Below, piece by piece: positions 49,902 to 62,426 of a stretch of 64,000 nt of DNA; the stretch's first letter is position 1; each line of letters starts with the position of its first letter. Origin of the DNA: Eledone cirrhosa. Taxonomy: Eukaryota. The stretch lies in NCBI GenBank assembly GCA_964016885.1, contig OZ024741.1, forward strand, positions 356,748,001 to 356,812,000, in the 5' to 3' direction. The notes under the pieces are model-generated. The model did not search any database, had not been told where the DNA came from, and saw nothing but the letters and a program-made list of their open reading frames with translations. Position numbers and translations under genes: made by a program.

Positions 49902-52900
49902 GTGAAATGTTTGTCAGTACGTGCTAACACACGGTAGGGTCCAGAGTACGGTTGTGTGAGGGGTGGAGTAACCGCATCGTTTCTGACGAATACATGTGTC
50001 CACGAGGCAATATCCCTCGGGACTGCAGCTTTAATAGTTTGTTTCCTAGTATTCATGGGCGGTAAGTCCTGAAAATAGGAGCGCAAACGAGATACGTAGG
50101 AAACAGGGTCCTGAAAAGCAAGATCAACAGGGGCAAGCATTTGCTCAGGCAACGCTAGAGGAGTACCATACAGTAATTCGGCCGGGGAGAACCCAAGGTC
50201 CTCCTTTATTGATGGCCGAATTCCTAACAACACAATAGGAAGGTACTCGTTCCAACGTTGAGAGTCTGGATAGGCGCGAAGAGCGGCCTTTAATTGGCGG
50301 TGGAATCGTTCCACCATTCCGTTTGAAGCAGGATAGTAGACTGTGGTCCGAATCCGTTGAGCGCCAATGATCTGTGTGAGCTCAGAGAAAAGATGAGACT
50401 CAAATTGTCTACCATGGTCTGGGGTGACTAGTTGGTACCCCAAAGCGGGTAATCCACCCTGATACCAGGGCACGCGCTACAGTCTCAGCAGTTATATCTT
50501 TTAAGGGGATGGCTTCAGGCCATCGCGAAAAACGATCGATACAGGTCAAGAGGTACGAATATCCACTGCTGAATGGCCAAAGTCCAACGATATCAATGTG
50601 GATGTGTTGAAAGCTAGCATCTGGAGTACTGAAAGTACCAAGTGGAGTCCGGATGTGTCTGTGGACATTAGATCTCTGACACTGTGTGCAGGAACGGCAC
50701 CAGACAGTAATTTCTCGCCTCATATTGGGCCAGAAAAATCTAGCCGTTATAAGCTTTACTGTGGTAGAAATTCCTGGGTGAGAAATGCTGTGCAAAGCAA
50801 GGAACACAATTCGACGGTGAGTCTCAGGAACAAATGGCCGTGGTGAATCCGTAGATACATCACATAGAATCTGCCTGTCGGTGGTCGACTAGGGCAGATA
50901 TTTGAAGATGCAAGTCGCAAATTCGGCAGAAAGAGTATCCAACGATTGGAGTGCAGGTTGGTCAGCAGCTAAACGACTTAAGTCGATCTCCTGGGATGAC
51001 GAGATGGAGCTGATTGGCAAACGTGACAATGCGTCTGCAGCTATGTTATGCGAACCAGCAATGTGCTGGATATCATTTGTAAATTGCGAAACGTAATTCA
51101 GGTGCCTTGTCTCTCTGGGTGACTATCTGTCGGCTTTAGCCCTCAAAGCGAAGGTCAGAGGTTTGTGGTCGGTTAAAACAGTAAAATTTCTCCCCTCAAG
51201 AATATGAGAGAAATGTTTCACCGACAGATATATGGCTAATAATTCCCGCCCAAACGTGCTGTAACGCGTTTCTCCTGGTTTCAGCTTCCTCGAGAAAAAT
51301 GCCAAAGGTTGTTGGTTTCCAGCGTTGTACTGCTGTAAAACTGCTCCCACAGCGGTATAAGATGCAACAACACAAAGCGAAAGCTTGGCCTCTGGTACCG
51401 GGTGGGCTAGCAAAGATGAACTAGCGAGTGCTGTCTTGGCAGTCTGGAAGTCTTTAAGTTGTCCTTGTGTCAAGGAAATATCCTCATTCTTCTTACGACG
51501 ATTTTTCAAAATGTCAGTAAGGGAAGATAGCAAATTAGCACAATGAGGAACGAAACGCCTATAGAAATTGATTAGGCCTAAGAAGTGACGCAACTAGTGA
51601 AGTGTAGTAGGCGGAGGTAAATCCTATATGGCTTGAACTCGCTGAGGGAGCGGCCTAATACCTTCGGCGTCGATGAGGTGGCCTAAAAAATTTAGCAAAG
51701 TGTAACCGAAAACACGCTTTGCGGGATTCACACGAACGCGGTAATCCTGAAGTCGCCGAAATAAGAGATGCATGTGGCGCATATGCTCTTCCGGAGAGGA
51801 ACTAGCGACGAGAAGATCGTCTATGTAAGCATAAACGAAGTCCAGACCACGAGTGACTTCGTCTATGAACCGCTGAAAAGTGCTAGCGGCGTTCCTGAGT
51901 CCGAAAGGCATGGTAAAAAATCCGAAGGATCCGAAAGGAGTTGTAATCGCCGTTTTTGGAATATCCTCCTTCCTGACCGGAATTTGGTGGTAGGCTCGCA
52001 CTAAATCTAGTTTTGAGAAAATCTTACACCCCTGCAATGAAGATGCGAAATCCTGGAGAAGGGGAATGGGATACCTATCCGGGTCTGTCATAGCATTTAA
52101 CCTCCTGTAATCCCCAGTGGGTCTCCAGTCGCCGGAAGTCTTGGGCACCATGTGTAACGGTGAAGCCCAAGGGATCGTAGATGGGCGAATAATGCCCAGC
52201 TGCAGCATATGGTCGAACTCGGACCGTGCTGCCTTTAATTTGTCCGCCGGTAAGCGACGTGGACGCGAAAACACTGGAGCACCGGTGGTGGAAATTAAAT
52301 GTTCAGTTGAGTGTGTTGGCCCAGTGACTCGAAAATTTCCATCGGTGAGCTCCGGGAAGGAACCTAACAACGAATGGTAGGCGTCTCCAGCGGCAGCGAT
52401 GAAGAATATGGGGCTGAGTGTTGGAAAATTGGCTTTCCGGCCACGAATTGAAAAACGGGTGATGTCATCCACCAGGCGTTGGCCACGGACGACCACAGTC
52501 AAAGAGAAGTTGTGGAGGAAATCCGCTCCTAAGATAGAGTATGGCAAATCGGCAACCGTAAAAATCCACTTAAAATCCCTACGAAGATTTAGGAATTTGA
52601 GAGGAAGCGAGATTTGTCCGTACGTCTTTATAGACGAGTAATTAACGGCCTGCAGAGTAACGGATGACTCCATGGGGGTATCTTTCAGGCAATGGACCGG
52701 CCAAATACTACAGGAGGCTCCTGTATCCACAAGGAAACCTTTTCCCGACATAAGGTCCTTAATGAAGAAATGGCGGTTTGGTGGCTTTATGTTGAGGTCA
52801 ACTGCCCCCATCAGCGGACCTCTTTGGCGTTTCCCGCCTTATGAAACGAGCAAGGTTGCACGCAGCGGTTCCCGCTCTCGGTGAATCGCTCATGGTACCA

Positions 52901-54679
52901 GCATAAAGATGAAGCTGGTGACTTGGAGTGGCGTCTAAAAGATTGAAATCTCCCGCGGCTGCGGAGGCGCGAACGGGCACCACACCAGACCTTAATCTTC
53001 TAGAGCTCCAGGGTGATTTTCTGAATGGCCCTCTGCATCGCCATAATAGCTGAGCTCTCTGTAGGAACTGCCGCGCAGATGGCATGACCAGGTGTGGCCT
53101 GAGCTGGTTGGGAAACAGCGGCAAGGGCTTCGCTGCCTCCAGCACCCGTAATTTCGAAAACTTTGTCCGCAGAGGCGGCAAGCTGATCCACCGTGCAAGT
53201 ATCCCTAATGGGGGCCAAAATTGCCTGTACTTTGGTCGGTAGGCGCGAGAAGAACAACTGCCTCAAGATGGCAGTTTCCGCTACCAACCCCTCCGTTAGG
53301 TCCTTCATTCGCCTTAGGAGGTTCGATGGGATGCCATCACCGATATCCTCCAGATGGACCAGAGCCCTAAACCTTTTTTCTGCGGACTGTGCAGTCCGGC
53401 TGAGTATTTCAGCCTTCAGAGACTTGTACGTCGCGTCGGTGGGTGTCTCTAACACCAGGTCCTTAATCGCTGGGATAAGTGCCGGCGGAATTGCACTAAG
53501 GGCCAGAGGATGTTGTTGTGCCTCGTCAATTCTGTTCGCCTCGAAAAATGCTTCGAGTTGGGCGAACCATAACCTTACGTCGCCCGTGTACATAGGTAGA
53601 ACAGAATGAGATGCCATTGGTATACCGTAGGTAATCTGCCAAAATAAAAATCGTCTCTGTTTGGAAAAATGTGGTTGGTGTTTCACTCCGTCAGGGTCAC
53701 CATTTTAGTGGTTGGTGTTTCACTCCGTCAGAGTCACCATTTTAGTGTAATGTCTACGTAACTATAACCACTAATTTTTATAAAGAAAAGGATAAGATAT
53801 TTTTATATAACACCATGTCGAATGAGAGTTAATTCCCATTACAAAGGTAATGATAAAACGTAAGCAGTTTCTCGGAACGAGTATCAAATATAAGTCTTAA
53901 TTTTTTTATTGTAGCTCCATGTTATAATTGTTGTAAACAAATATTCTCGTACATAATTAGGTATAGTCCAGATCCATGATAGGTGGTTAGATAAAAGTTA
54001 ACATGCTTGTCTTCAGTGTTGTCAGTTCGAAGGAAGGCGCCAAAAGAGAAAATTGCCTCACGTTCTCAAATATATAGTCCCCAGGGGGACGCAACTCCAT
54101 TTAGTACATGGATCTGCCACTGGGAGTCGCGACCGTCACAAAGGGACGCAGCTCCTATACTATCTGCCACTGTGAGTCGCGACCGTCACAAAGGGACGTA
54201 ACTCCTATACGTGCTGAGTTACAGCCGTAAGGGGCTGCTACAGTATCCTCCTCCAGACGCTAGGCGAAAAGCCCGAAGGTAACTGTAGCGAACCCACAAG
54301 CATGGGCTTCCAGCACAGGCATGAAATATTAACGCAAAGATACAGGCATGAAATGGTAACGAAAAGGTACATGTATAAATCAGGCATGAAATGGTAACGA
54401 AAAGGTACATGATAATACAATAAAGAGAAAAACAAAAAAAAAAAGTTTCATGTGGCCAGTTCACATGAAAACAGTTTGGCAGAGTTTTTTGGGCCAGTAG
54501 ACTCTTCGACCGGAACGGGTTGTGGTCTTGTATGTAGGTGAAGGTGGGACAGAAGGAGCATGTGTATGCACAAGAGAGAAAGATTGGGGTATTTGTGGCT
54601 CGGGTGTATGAGCGTCATTGTATTCCCCTTTTAGTCTATCCACCGAAATTGTCTCTCTGGACCCCTTAATGTCTACAGT
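49897..54679 (-). mobile_element. Ty3/Gypsy LTR retrotransposon, circularly permuted: IN C-terminus, 3'UTR, PPT, LTR (54242-53741), PBS x2, gag, PR, RT, RH, IN N-part
   Basis: gag LWFAQLEAFF and CWYH..C...C; PR FLVDTGA; [17 protein letters not shown]; RH RELLAIY, TDHKPL; IN HPG..CTQC, HIDIVG, NGMVERFHR, YSGPY; several stops and frameshifts. Confidence 0.92.
53671..53747 (-). promoter_or_regulatory. Tandemly duplicated (37 bp x2) primer-binding site, tRNA-Trp-like
   Basis: TGGTGACTCTGACG and TGGTGACCCTGACG immediately after the LTR end; complementary to the tRNA-Trp 3' end (..CGTCGGGGTCACCA) with 1-2 mismatches. Confidence 0.75.
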
Positions 54680-55156
54680 TACCTTCGGGATTTTCGCCTA
54701 GCGTCTGGAGGAGGGTACTGTAGCGGCCCCTTACGGCTGTAACTCAGCACGTATAGGAGTTGCGTCCCTTTGTGACGGTCGCGACTCCCAGTGGCAGATC
54801 CATGTACTAAATGGAGTTGCGTCCCCCTGTGGACTATATATTTGAGGACAATCAAGGCATCACTCTCACTTCCTTCGCCGCAACAAGAAGAACACCTCAG
54901 ACCTTGTCAAGAGATGACTCCTGTCTCACTTCCTGCGCCGGCAGCCTAAAGAAACACTTGAACCTTACCAAGAGAAGATTTCTGTTCTTCTCTACGCACT
55001 CCAGTCTGGGAGTTGTGACCAACTGACCATCAACATGTGGTAACAATTATTTATATTAATTTATTTGACTTCTGTGAAGTAAAACCATGTTTCAACACTC
55101 ACCTGCAATTATTGTCATTCTTGATAATATATATACACTGATACTAATATCCTAAA
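54673..55156 (+). mobile_element. Inverted pre-PPT + PPT + LTR (54719-55156) of the same Gypsy group
   Basis: 54673-54718 is a near reverse complement of 54243-54288; GGAGGAGGGTAC|TGTAG; LTR matches 21089-21620. Confidence 0.85.
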
Positions 55157-56469
55157 ATACTTTGCCCATAATTCCTGGCATTTTAGAATTTCATTCTGTT
55201 CGGCTAGGGATGCAACGTTCAAGATGTGGGAAAGAGCGCCGTGTGACATGATATAAAGAAACTGAAAGACTTTGAAAGTCAGTAGTGGAAACATATTCAA
55301 GTATGCAGGTGCACACATACACATATATGTACCTCTCGGTTTCAGCTGGCTCCAGCTGACAGTACCTGATATGGGTCCTTATCCAGGGTTATGGACCCCG
55401 CCCCCTTGACTTCGAAACGCTAAGTTGGCTTTCAGCCCGTGTTGAGAAGGGAGGGAGTGGAGCACGTGGCTAGTAGCCTTACTTCCATTAAATCAAACCT
55501 TCAATAAGAAACGACGAAAGTCGCCTAATGCTCCACGGGAAGCAAAAGGAACAGTAGCAGCAGAAGCAGAAGAAGAGGACTCCTTAATTGCCAAATCTGT
55601 TTATATATGAAGCGAAGTTTTTGGCTGTTGTGGAAGAGGATGATAAACATGACAAATACCAGTAATTTTGGTTAGATATATAACTTTGATTCACTTCAGC
55701 AAAAAGCAAAAAGAATATGATGGTAGCACTCACAAATGAATGTGTTCAAAAAGGTCTCTGTTTGTGCTGGAGAATGTTTAATATGCTATGCTCGATTAAA
55801 AAGTGACAAGCTGTAGTCAGACAGTACATACCAACATAGGTAGTAGTAAGCAGTGGCAAGTAAGCTGTGTTGTCTATATGAAGAGGCGGATGACTTTGTG
55901 TGGTTGAAGTGGCGACGGAAGAATTGTTGTCGGGTCCTTGTCGACAGGGCCAGATTTTTTGTTTGTTTTTTGTTAAGTGCTACTAGCTTGAGCAGCCCGA
56001 AGTTATCCTTCTCTTCCGGGGAACCAGGGTCGAATGACCCAAAGAAAAACCTATCTCACTTAATCTCAAGTTGGTCAGCCTCTCCAAACCACTGATGCCA
56101 ACCGAGATAAAGAGAAATAGCAGCCAGATGTCAGTCGCGAGTCAGTATGTGCGAAGAGATTTCGCTACATATATATCTGCAAATTTCTGATGGTGACCAC
56201 AATGGAGGCGATCGACGCAATCTCTTTACAACTCTTATGCGGTTGCACACTTTGCTAAAATTAGCAGCCAAATCTATTTCAAACCGTTACATATCGCCCT
56301 AAAAAAGAGAAAATCACTTTTCAAATAACGAATTTGGTGAATGGTGTAATCTGAGATGGTGTGTCGAGACAGAAACAATTACTTCGTGGAAAATCATTTT
56401 AACTCTTTAATAAGACGAACGGAAATAAAACCACAGTAAAAAGTCGCTTTTGGCCAAAAAAAGGTTTAG

Positions 56470-56650
56470 GAGGATTGGCTGAAAATTTCATAGGATGACT
56501 ATGAAGGAATGTTACTAGCACTGTGAAATCTTCTATGCTGTGAAATCTTCTTAACATTGTTTCTTTCTAGGGACTACGTTGAAAAATAAACCTAATTTGG
56601 TCATTCCATGAGAGTATTTTGGCCAGCCTATGAACTTTTCAGCTGACCCT
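56470..56650. mobile_element. Mariner-type MITE remnant
   Basis: GGCTGAAAATTTCATAGG / CCTATGAACTTTTCAGCT inverted ends. Confidence 0.5.
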
Positions 56651-57990
56651 AGTAAACCAGAATGTATGTGTCTTTGATGTATTTCCCCCTTTATATCTTT
56701 ATAGTTATGTTCTACTGTTTTAAATAAATTAACTTTGTTAATGATATGTAAATGAAATGTGACTTTTTCCAGGATTCTTAATAACACACAAAATCTGTTA
56801 TATTCACTTTTCGTATATTTTTCTACAGTACTGTCTATTATAAGGCTTTAAACAGTTTCGTCGCACTTTATAGTAGACTACTGTGAAGAAATAAACTGTC
56901 GAAGAATCTAACTCTAAAAACAATCTGACGTAATAAAATAATCACAAGTGAACATTTATTTCAAGATTTTCTTTTTGATTTTTTTTTTTGTGCTGTTGCC
57001 CAAGTAATTTGAAGGGTAGATATGGCCAACAAGGTAAAGGAGGGGCGAATATGGGTGTGGAGGGTGACAGTGTTAGGAAGGTAAAGTAGAGGAGTGGAAG
57101 CTAGATGTCGGTTATTGGTGAGAGAATTGTGGTGGTGGTGAGATCGTAGTGTCTTTGAGTTAGACACTTTATTTCACGTTGCTCCAGTTCACCCAGCTGG
57201 CAGAAATGAGCCGTACCTGAATTCAAAGCCAGCATTGTCTCTCACTATGTCACAATGAATCTTTCCGAGAACTACCAATAGGACGATAGGATTGTTCTTT
57301 AATAAAGTGTATAATAATATTGTATTAAATGTCTGTATATCTCTAAATAGACAGTTCTTGTCTTATAGTTGACTGACTCAACATCGGTACCCCAGTGGTG
57401 TGGGCACTGGAGGAGAGGGAAAACGCTTTCTGGTCTGTGGGCTCCCTTGTGTATGCCACATCGTGAAACCAGCAGACGGAATGGAGAGAACGTTGCTCTG
57501 GATGATGGCGAGGGAGAGGTAATATTAATTCGGTCTGTGTGTTGTCAAAGGGGCGAATAGCAGACTGTGTATAGCCGATCGACAGCGTATATATAGTAAT
57601 GGTTTGTTCCTTTAAAAATAAGCACACGGCCCTTTACAAATGTTTTCTTTTTCAGACAATTAACGCATGAGTCTCCCACAAGGTAAACATTATCTAAGTT
57701 GATGTCTCTGATATTATAGGTCAGTCTTTTGATGGTCGCGTGGTAGTCGGAAAACATTTCGTTCATTACAGCTATGCCTCTTTCGTTAAATAACAACGAA
57801 AACGTAAGAAAACTGAACACAGCAAAAGAAACACAAAATGAACAACGCAGACGAAATGTGTAGGAATTTCAAACTGATTTGGAATAATTTGCCTAATCTT
57901 AAAATATAAATACAAAATATGATATTATTTCAACCTAATACGATTCAAAATAAATATACAATTTAAACAACAACAAAAATATTGGTAAAT

Positions 57991-58340
57991 TTTTACTATT
58001 ACACCCGTCTCACTTTTGGTGTGAAATTTGTTTTTCTTATTTCTTACCTTTGATGTGTTAGTTAACAAAACAAAAAACAATCAAAACACAATAATTGTTT
58101 CTACTTTTGGCACAAGGCCAGCAATTACCTACTGCATTACTGGTACTTTATTTTATCGATCTCGTAAGGATGAAAGGTAAAGTTAACCTCGGCGGGATTT
58201 GAACTTAGATCGTAAAGGGTCTAAATCTATGCTGTAAAGTATGGCGTCCGTTGAAGGTTGTATTTGTTCAAAACACGTAAAAAAATCATAGGAAAAACAT
58301 AATTTTCACCTCCAAAGAGAAATGGGTGTAACAGTAAAAT
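57991..58340. mobile_element. MITE interrupted by a family-A SINE
   Basis: TTTTACTATTACACCCGTCTCACTTTTGGTGTGAAA / TTTCACCTCCAAAGAGAAATGGGTGTAACAGTAAAA. Confidence 0.6.
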
Positions 58341-58799
58341 TAAACAACACAAAAAAATTCTGAAAATGGAAATAAAACTATAAGATAAAAGTCAAAGATA
58401 AATGTTTAAACAGGGATTTACGTGTTTTCAGATTTGTTTATTCTTCTTATATTTTTATAGACATGTTTCCACTGTTTTAAATTATTTACATAAACGCGAA
58501 CACAGGTACAAACGTGAACATAGATTCACACAGCTTCGGGTATTTTGGTAGTTTTTTTTTTTTTTTTTTTAGGTGGGGGAAATCGAAACAAAATTTCACA
58601 AATGATTGAATCCTACGTTTACAACATATAAGCTAGGAAATGTTTTGTTAAAAAAATACGCCCCCACTCCCAATTGCGCACATCGAAGGCAGGTTGTGCA
58701 AAATGAAAAAAATAGATTTTTTTTTCTTTTGCTATATTCTTAATTTTCGATTTAAAGAAAGAAAGAAAAAAATCGAAAAATGTATTTATCTTTGCCCAA

Positions 58800-58995
58800 T
58801 AGAGTGATGTTATTCCAAAAGCCTTTCGGAGGAACCCCATTTCAGCCGCTTGTATTCGCAATCGTAATCTTTCAGTCATTACCCAAGATTCAAAATCATT
58901 GATAAGAGTAAGTATGAACACCAAATTGAAGATAGCAATTTTGGCTTTTAAATCTAGTTTCCTTCTGATAAGCGAGTGCTGAAGCTGACGCATTA
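58800..58995 (-). mobile_element. RTE-like LINE RT C-terminal fragment
   Basis: KAKIAIFN..ILTL...ESWVMTER..RIQAAEMGFLRK. Confidence 0.7.
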
Positions 58996-59299
58996 ATTAC
59001 TACACCAGCTCAAGTAATTCTTGTATTTAATCAAGCCTCCTGCATTCCTCCATTTGTGAAAACTACCCTGAGATAAATGGTGTCAAAAACAAGTAAAAAA
59101 TTATGGCCAGTTAATATTGCATTACGTAGATCTAACAAAACTCAAATATGCCCGGAATTGTCACTGTGCTTGCCAAACATATTCACTCCTCACTACATGC
59201 CCACGTTCTAGTTTTTATTAATGTAAGTATCCAGAGGCTATTGAGCCTCACCAAGGTTTTTTTTATACTTCGGAATTACTTGTCGATTCCTAAGTTGCT

Positions 59300-60375
59300 A
59301 CATTTCATCAGAGTTAGTCCCTCTCACAGATACTCGTCGTTTCTCCAACGCTTTGACGACTTAATTTTCAGTGAACTCGAGGGCTTGGTCAATGCCAGAC
59401 TCTCTCCGGAGTCCCGCGATTAGGCTGCCTTGCCCAAACGGTTTGGAGGTCTCGGTCTGCATAACTGTTCGTCTCTGTCGCTACCTTGCTTTTCTTTCTC
59501 TATTCCTGCTTGCTCCCTTTTAGTAGGTAATATCCTTTCCTTTCCAACATTGATTAGTTCCACCAAGGAGAGGGATGAAGCTTTACTCTAGTGAAGAAAG
59601 CTGGAGTTGTCAGTGCCTGATACCGACGAGGATATATGGCACCTTCAACTCTCTCTTTGATCAATCTAGTCAATATGTAAGATGTCACTTACTTTCTGCA
59701 AGCACAAAATTCTCGGGGGACTTGGTTGATGCCATGCCTGTGGCCAACATTGGTGGTCCTCTCAGTCTGGACAAGCTCCGGATCTCCATTGAACTCCGAG
59801 TAAGAGCTGATGTTTGGGGGGGGGGGAGGTCTGAGATGTCGCTGTGGTAAGTTTTTCGACTCCACAGGGCTCTATGGTTTGTCTTGCCACCTGAATGCTG
59901 GGTGATTCACCCGCCACATCAAGCTAAACCTGCTCATTAAGCGGGCCTTAGCTCGAATAAATATCCCTCAGTTCTGAAGCCGGCTGGGTTATCCAGAATT
60001 GATGGAAAGAGACAAGATGGTCTTACTCTTTGTCCCTGGATAAGAGGCAGATGTCTCATCTGGGACGCCACAGTCGATGACTCTTTTGCTCCCTCCCACA
60101 TCGTGGATACCGCGGTAAATGTGAAGGTCACTGCTTCCATAGCCGAACGGAATAAAATCCTAAAATACCAGGAACTATCAAATAAGTATTTTTTCCAGCC
60201 TGTGGCATTCGAGATGTTTGGTGGAGCGGGGTCGCTCACAGCGAAGTTCTTGACGTCGTTAACAACTCGTCTGGTCAATGTGTCAGATGATACCCCTGAG
60301 GGTGCCTGGTAGTTTCAGCGCCTTAGCCTCACCATCACCCGCGGTACTGCTACGAGAGTGTTGGCTTACCTCTAA
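59300..60375 (+). mobile_element. CRE-clade (restriction-like endonuclease) non-LTR retrotransposon, 3' portion, decayed
   Basis: LPKRFGGLGL; CRCG..SC..RH..LN; DGKRQDGLTLCPW.RGRCLIWDATV (PD..D), AERNKILKY, PVAFEMFG, FQRLSLTITRG. Confidence 0.8.
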
Positions 60376-62068
60376 AAGTTCCGTTGACTCGTGCGGTGTG
60401 AAACCGATTAATGCACTTGGTGGAAAATTGATGATTTTTATTTTTTATTTTCTCTCACTTTCATCATATATTTTAGGACATTATATTTATAAAGGCGGTG
60501 GATTGGCAGTATCGGTAGAGAGTCGGACGCCATGCTTTCCAGCATAGTTACGTCCCTTTAAGATCTGAGTTCAAATCCCTCCGACGTTGACTTTGCCTTT
60601 TATCCTTACGGGGTCGATAAAATAAAGTACCAGTAATGCACTGGATGATTGCTGGCCTTGTGCCTAAAGTAGAAACAATTATATTTATAAGGGCGGTGAA
60701 TTATCGGTAGAGGGTCGGATTATGCTTTCCAGCATAGTTACGTCCCTTGTCGATCTGAGTTCAATTCCCGCCGAGGTTAACTTTGTCTTTTATCCTTACT
60801 GGGTCGATAAAATAAAGTACAAGTAATGTACTGGGATAATTGCTGGCCTTGTGCCAAAAAGTAGAAACAATTATATTTATAAGGTTCCTAGCAAAAATTA
60901 ATAGTATCTATTATATGTGTTTATATTTTCATACTGTAAGAAGTATTCATTAAGTATTGTATATATGATTTGTGTCTATATTTTCATTTTGTAAGCATTG
61001 CGGTCTGAGTTCAAATCCCGCCGAAGTTAACTTTGCCTTTCATCCTTACAGGGTCGATAAAATAAAGTACCAGTAATGCACTGGGTAATTGCTGGCCTTG
61101 TGCCAAAAGTAGAAACAATTATATTATTATATTCATAGGAAAGTAATAAAGTTGATATTTTTTGGTTAATTTGTCAATCTCAATATCAGAGTTGTTTCCC
61201 ATGCATTTCTACATTACGGGTGTAATTTTACTCAATTTAGATTTTGGGGTTGTCTCTAATGCATTTCCTCACTACAGATGTAATTATAATTACTCCCAGG
61301 TCTTGAATAATCGTCCTCATCCTCGCTTATTAATTTTTCAGATACCCCCACCACCTTTATTCCACCCCATCCCCACGTATTAAATTTTGCTAATCTATCT
61401 ACGGCTAAATTTTATTGCAAGTGATTCATATCGATACAGCAGTTAGAGAATTTAATAATTGTTTCTACTTTAGGCACAAGGCCAGCAATTATCCAGTGCA
61501 TTACTGGTACTTTATTTTATCGACCCCGTAAGGATGAAAGGCAAAGTCAACCTCGGCGGGATTTGAACTCAGATCGTAAAGGGACGTAACTATGCTGGAA
61601 AGCATGGCGTCCGACCCTCTACCGATACTGCCAAATACTTTTATTTTACATTAAAAAACATTATATATGAAAAAAAAAACAAAAACATTGCAAGAAATCC
61701 CGTATTTACGAACGTACACTATACAATTACCCCCCCCCCCCCCTCCCCCGCGCTTATAAGAATTTAAACAAATGATGCTGCTTCACAGTTATAATATATA
61801 TATGTATGTGTGTGTGTGAGTGTGTATGTATATATAATAATAATAATAATTGTTTCTACTTTTGGCACAAGGCCAGCAATTACCCAGTGCATTACTGGTA
61901 CTTTATTTTATCGACCCCGTAAGGATGAATGGCAAAGGTAACCTCGGTGGGATTTGAACTCAGAATGGCAAGCGGCGTAACTCTTTGCGTCAAAGCATGG
62001 CGTCCGACTCTCTACTGATACTGCCAATAAATGTGAAGACTAAAATCCGAAGAGTGCGCGATAAGGTT

Positions 62069-62102
<34 letters not shown>

Positions 62103-62426
62103 CGTGTGTGTGTGTGTGCCGGTCCAGCAAATATTTTGCTGGACCGGCAATCTGTATAATCAGCTCCTGATTATTACTGGAATTCTATAAGAATCCAGCT
62201 TCTATAATTTTCGGCGAAAGCCGACCAGCGTGAAACAGACTGTTGGCTTCTCTTCTTTCTTCTGCCGAAAAGAAGTAAGTGACATAGTCACTACTTTAAA
62301 ACTGATAGCGTATGGTCTTCTAAATGTTTTTAATTAAACATACGGTATATTGTCAAATATACTATACATACATTCATGTATACATCGCTATTTCAGAGCA
62401 CCAATCCTAATATATATATATATATA

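Noticed and set aside
57545-57820. 91-aa minus-strand ORF
   Set aside because: No recognisable family, no clear splice context
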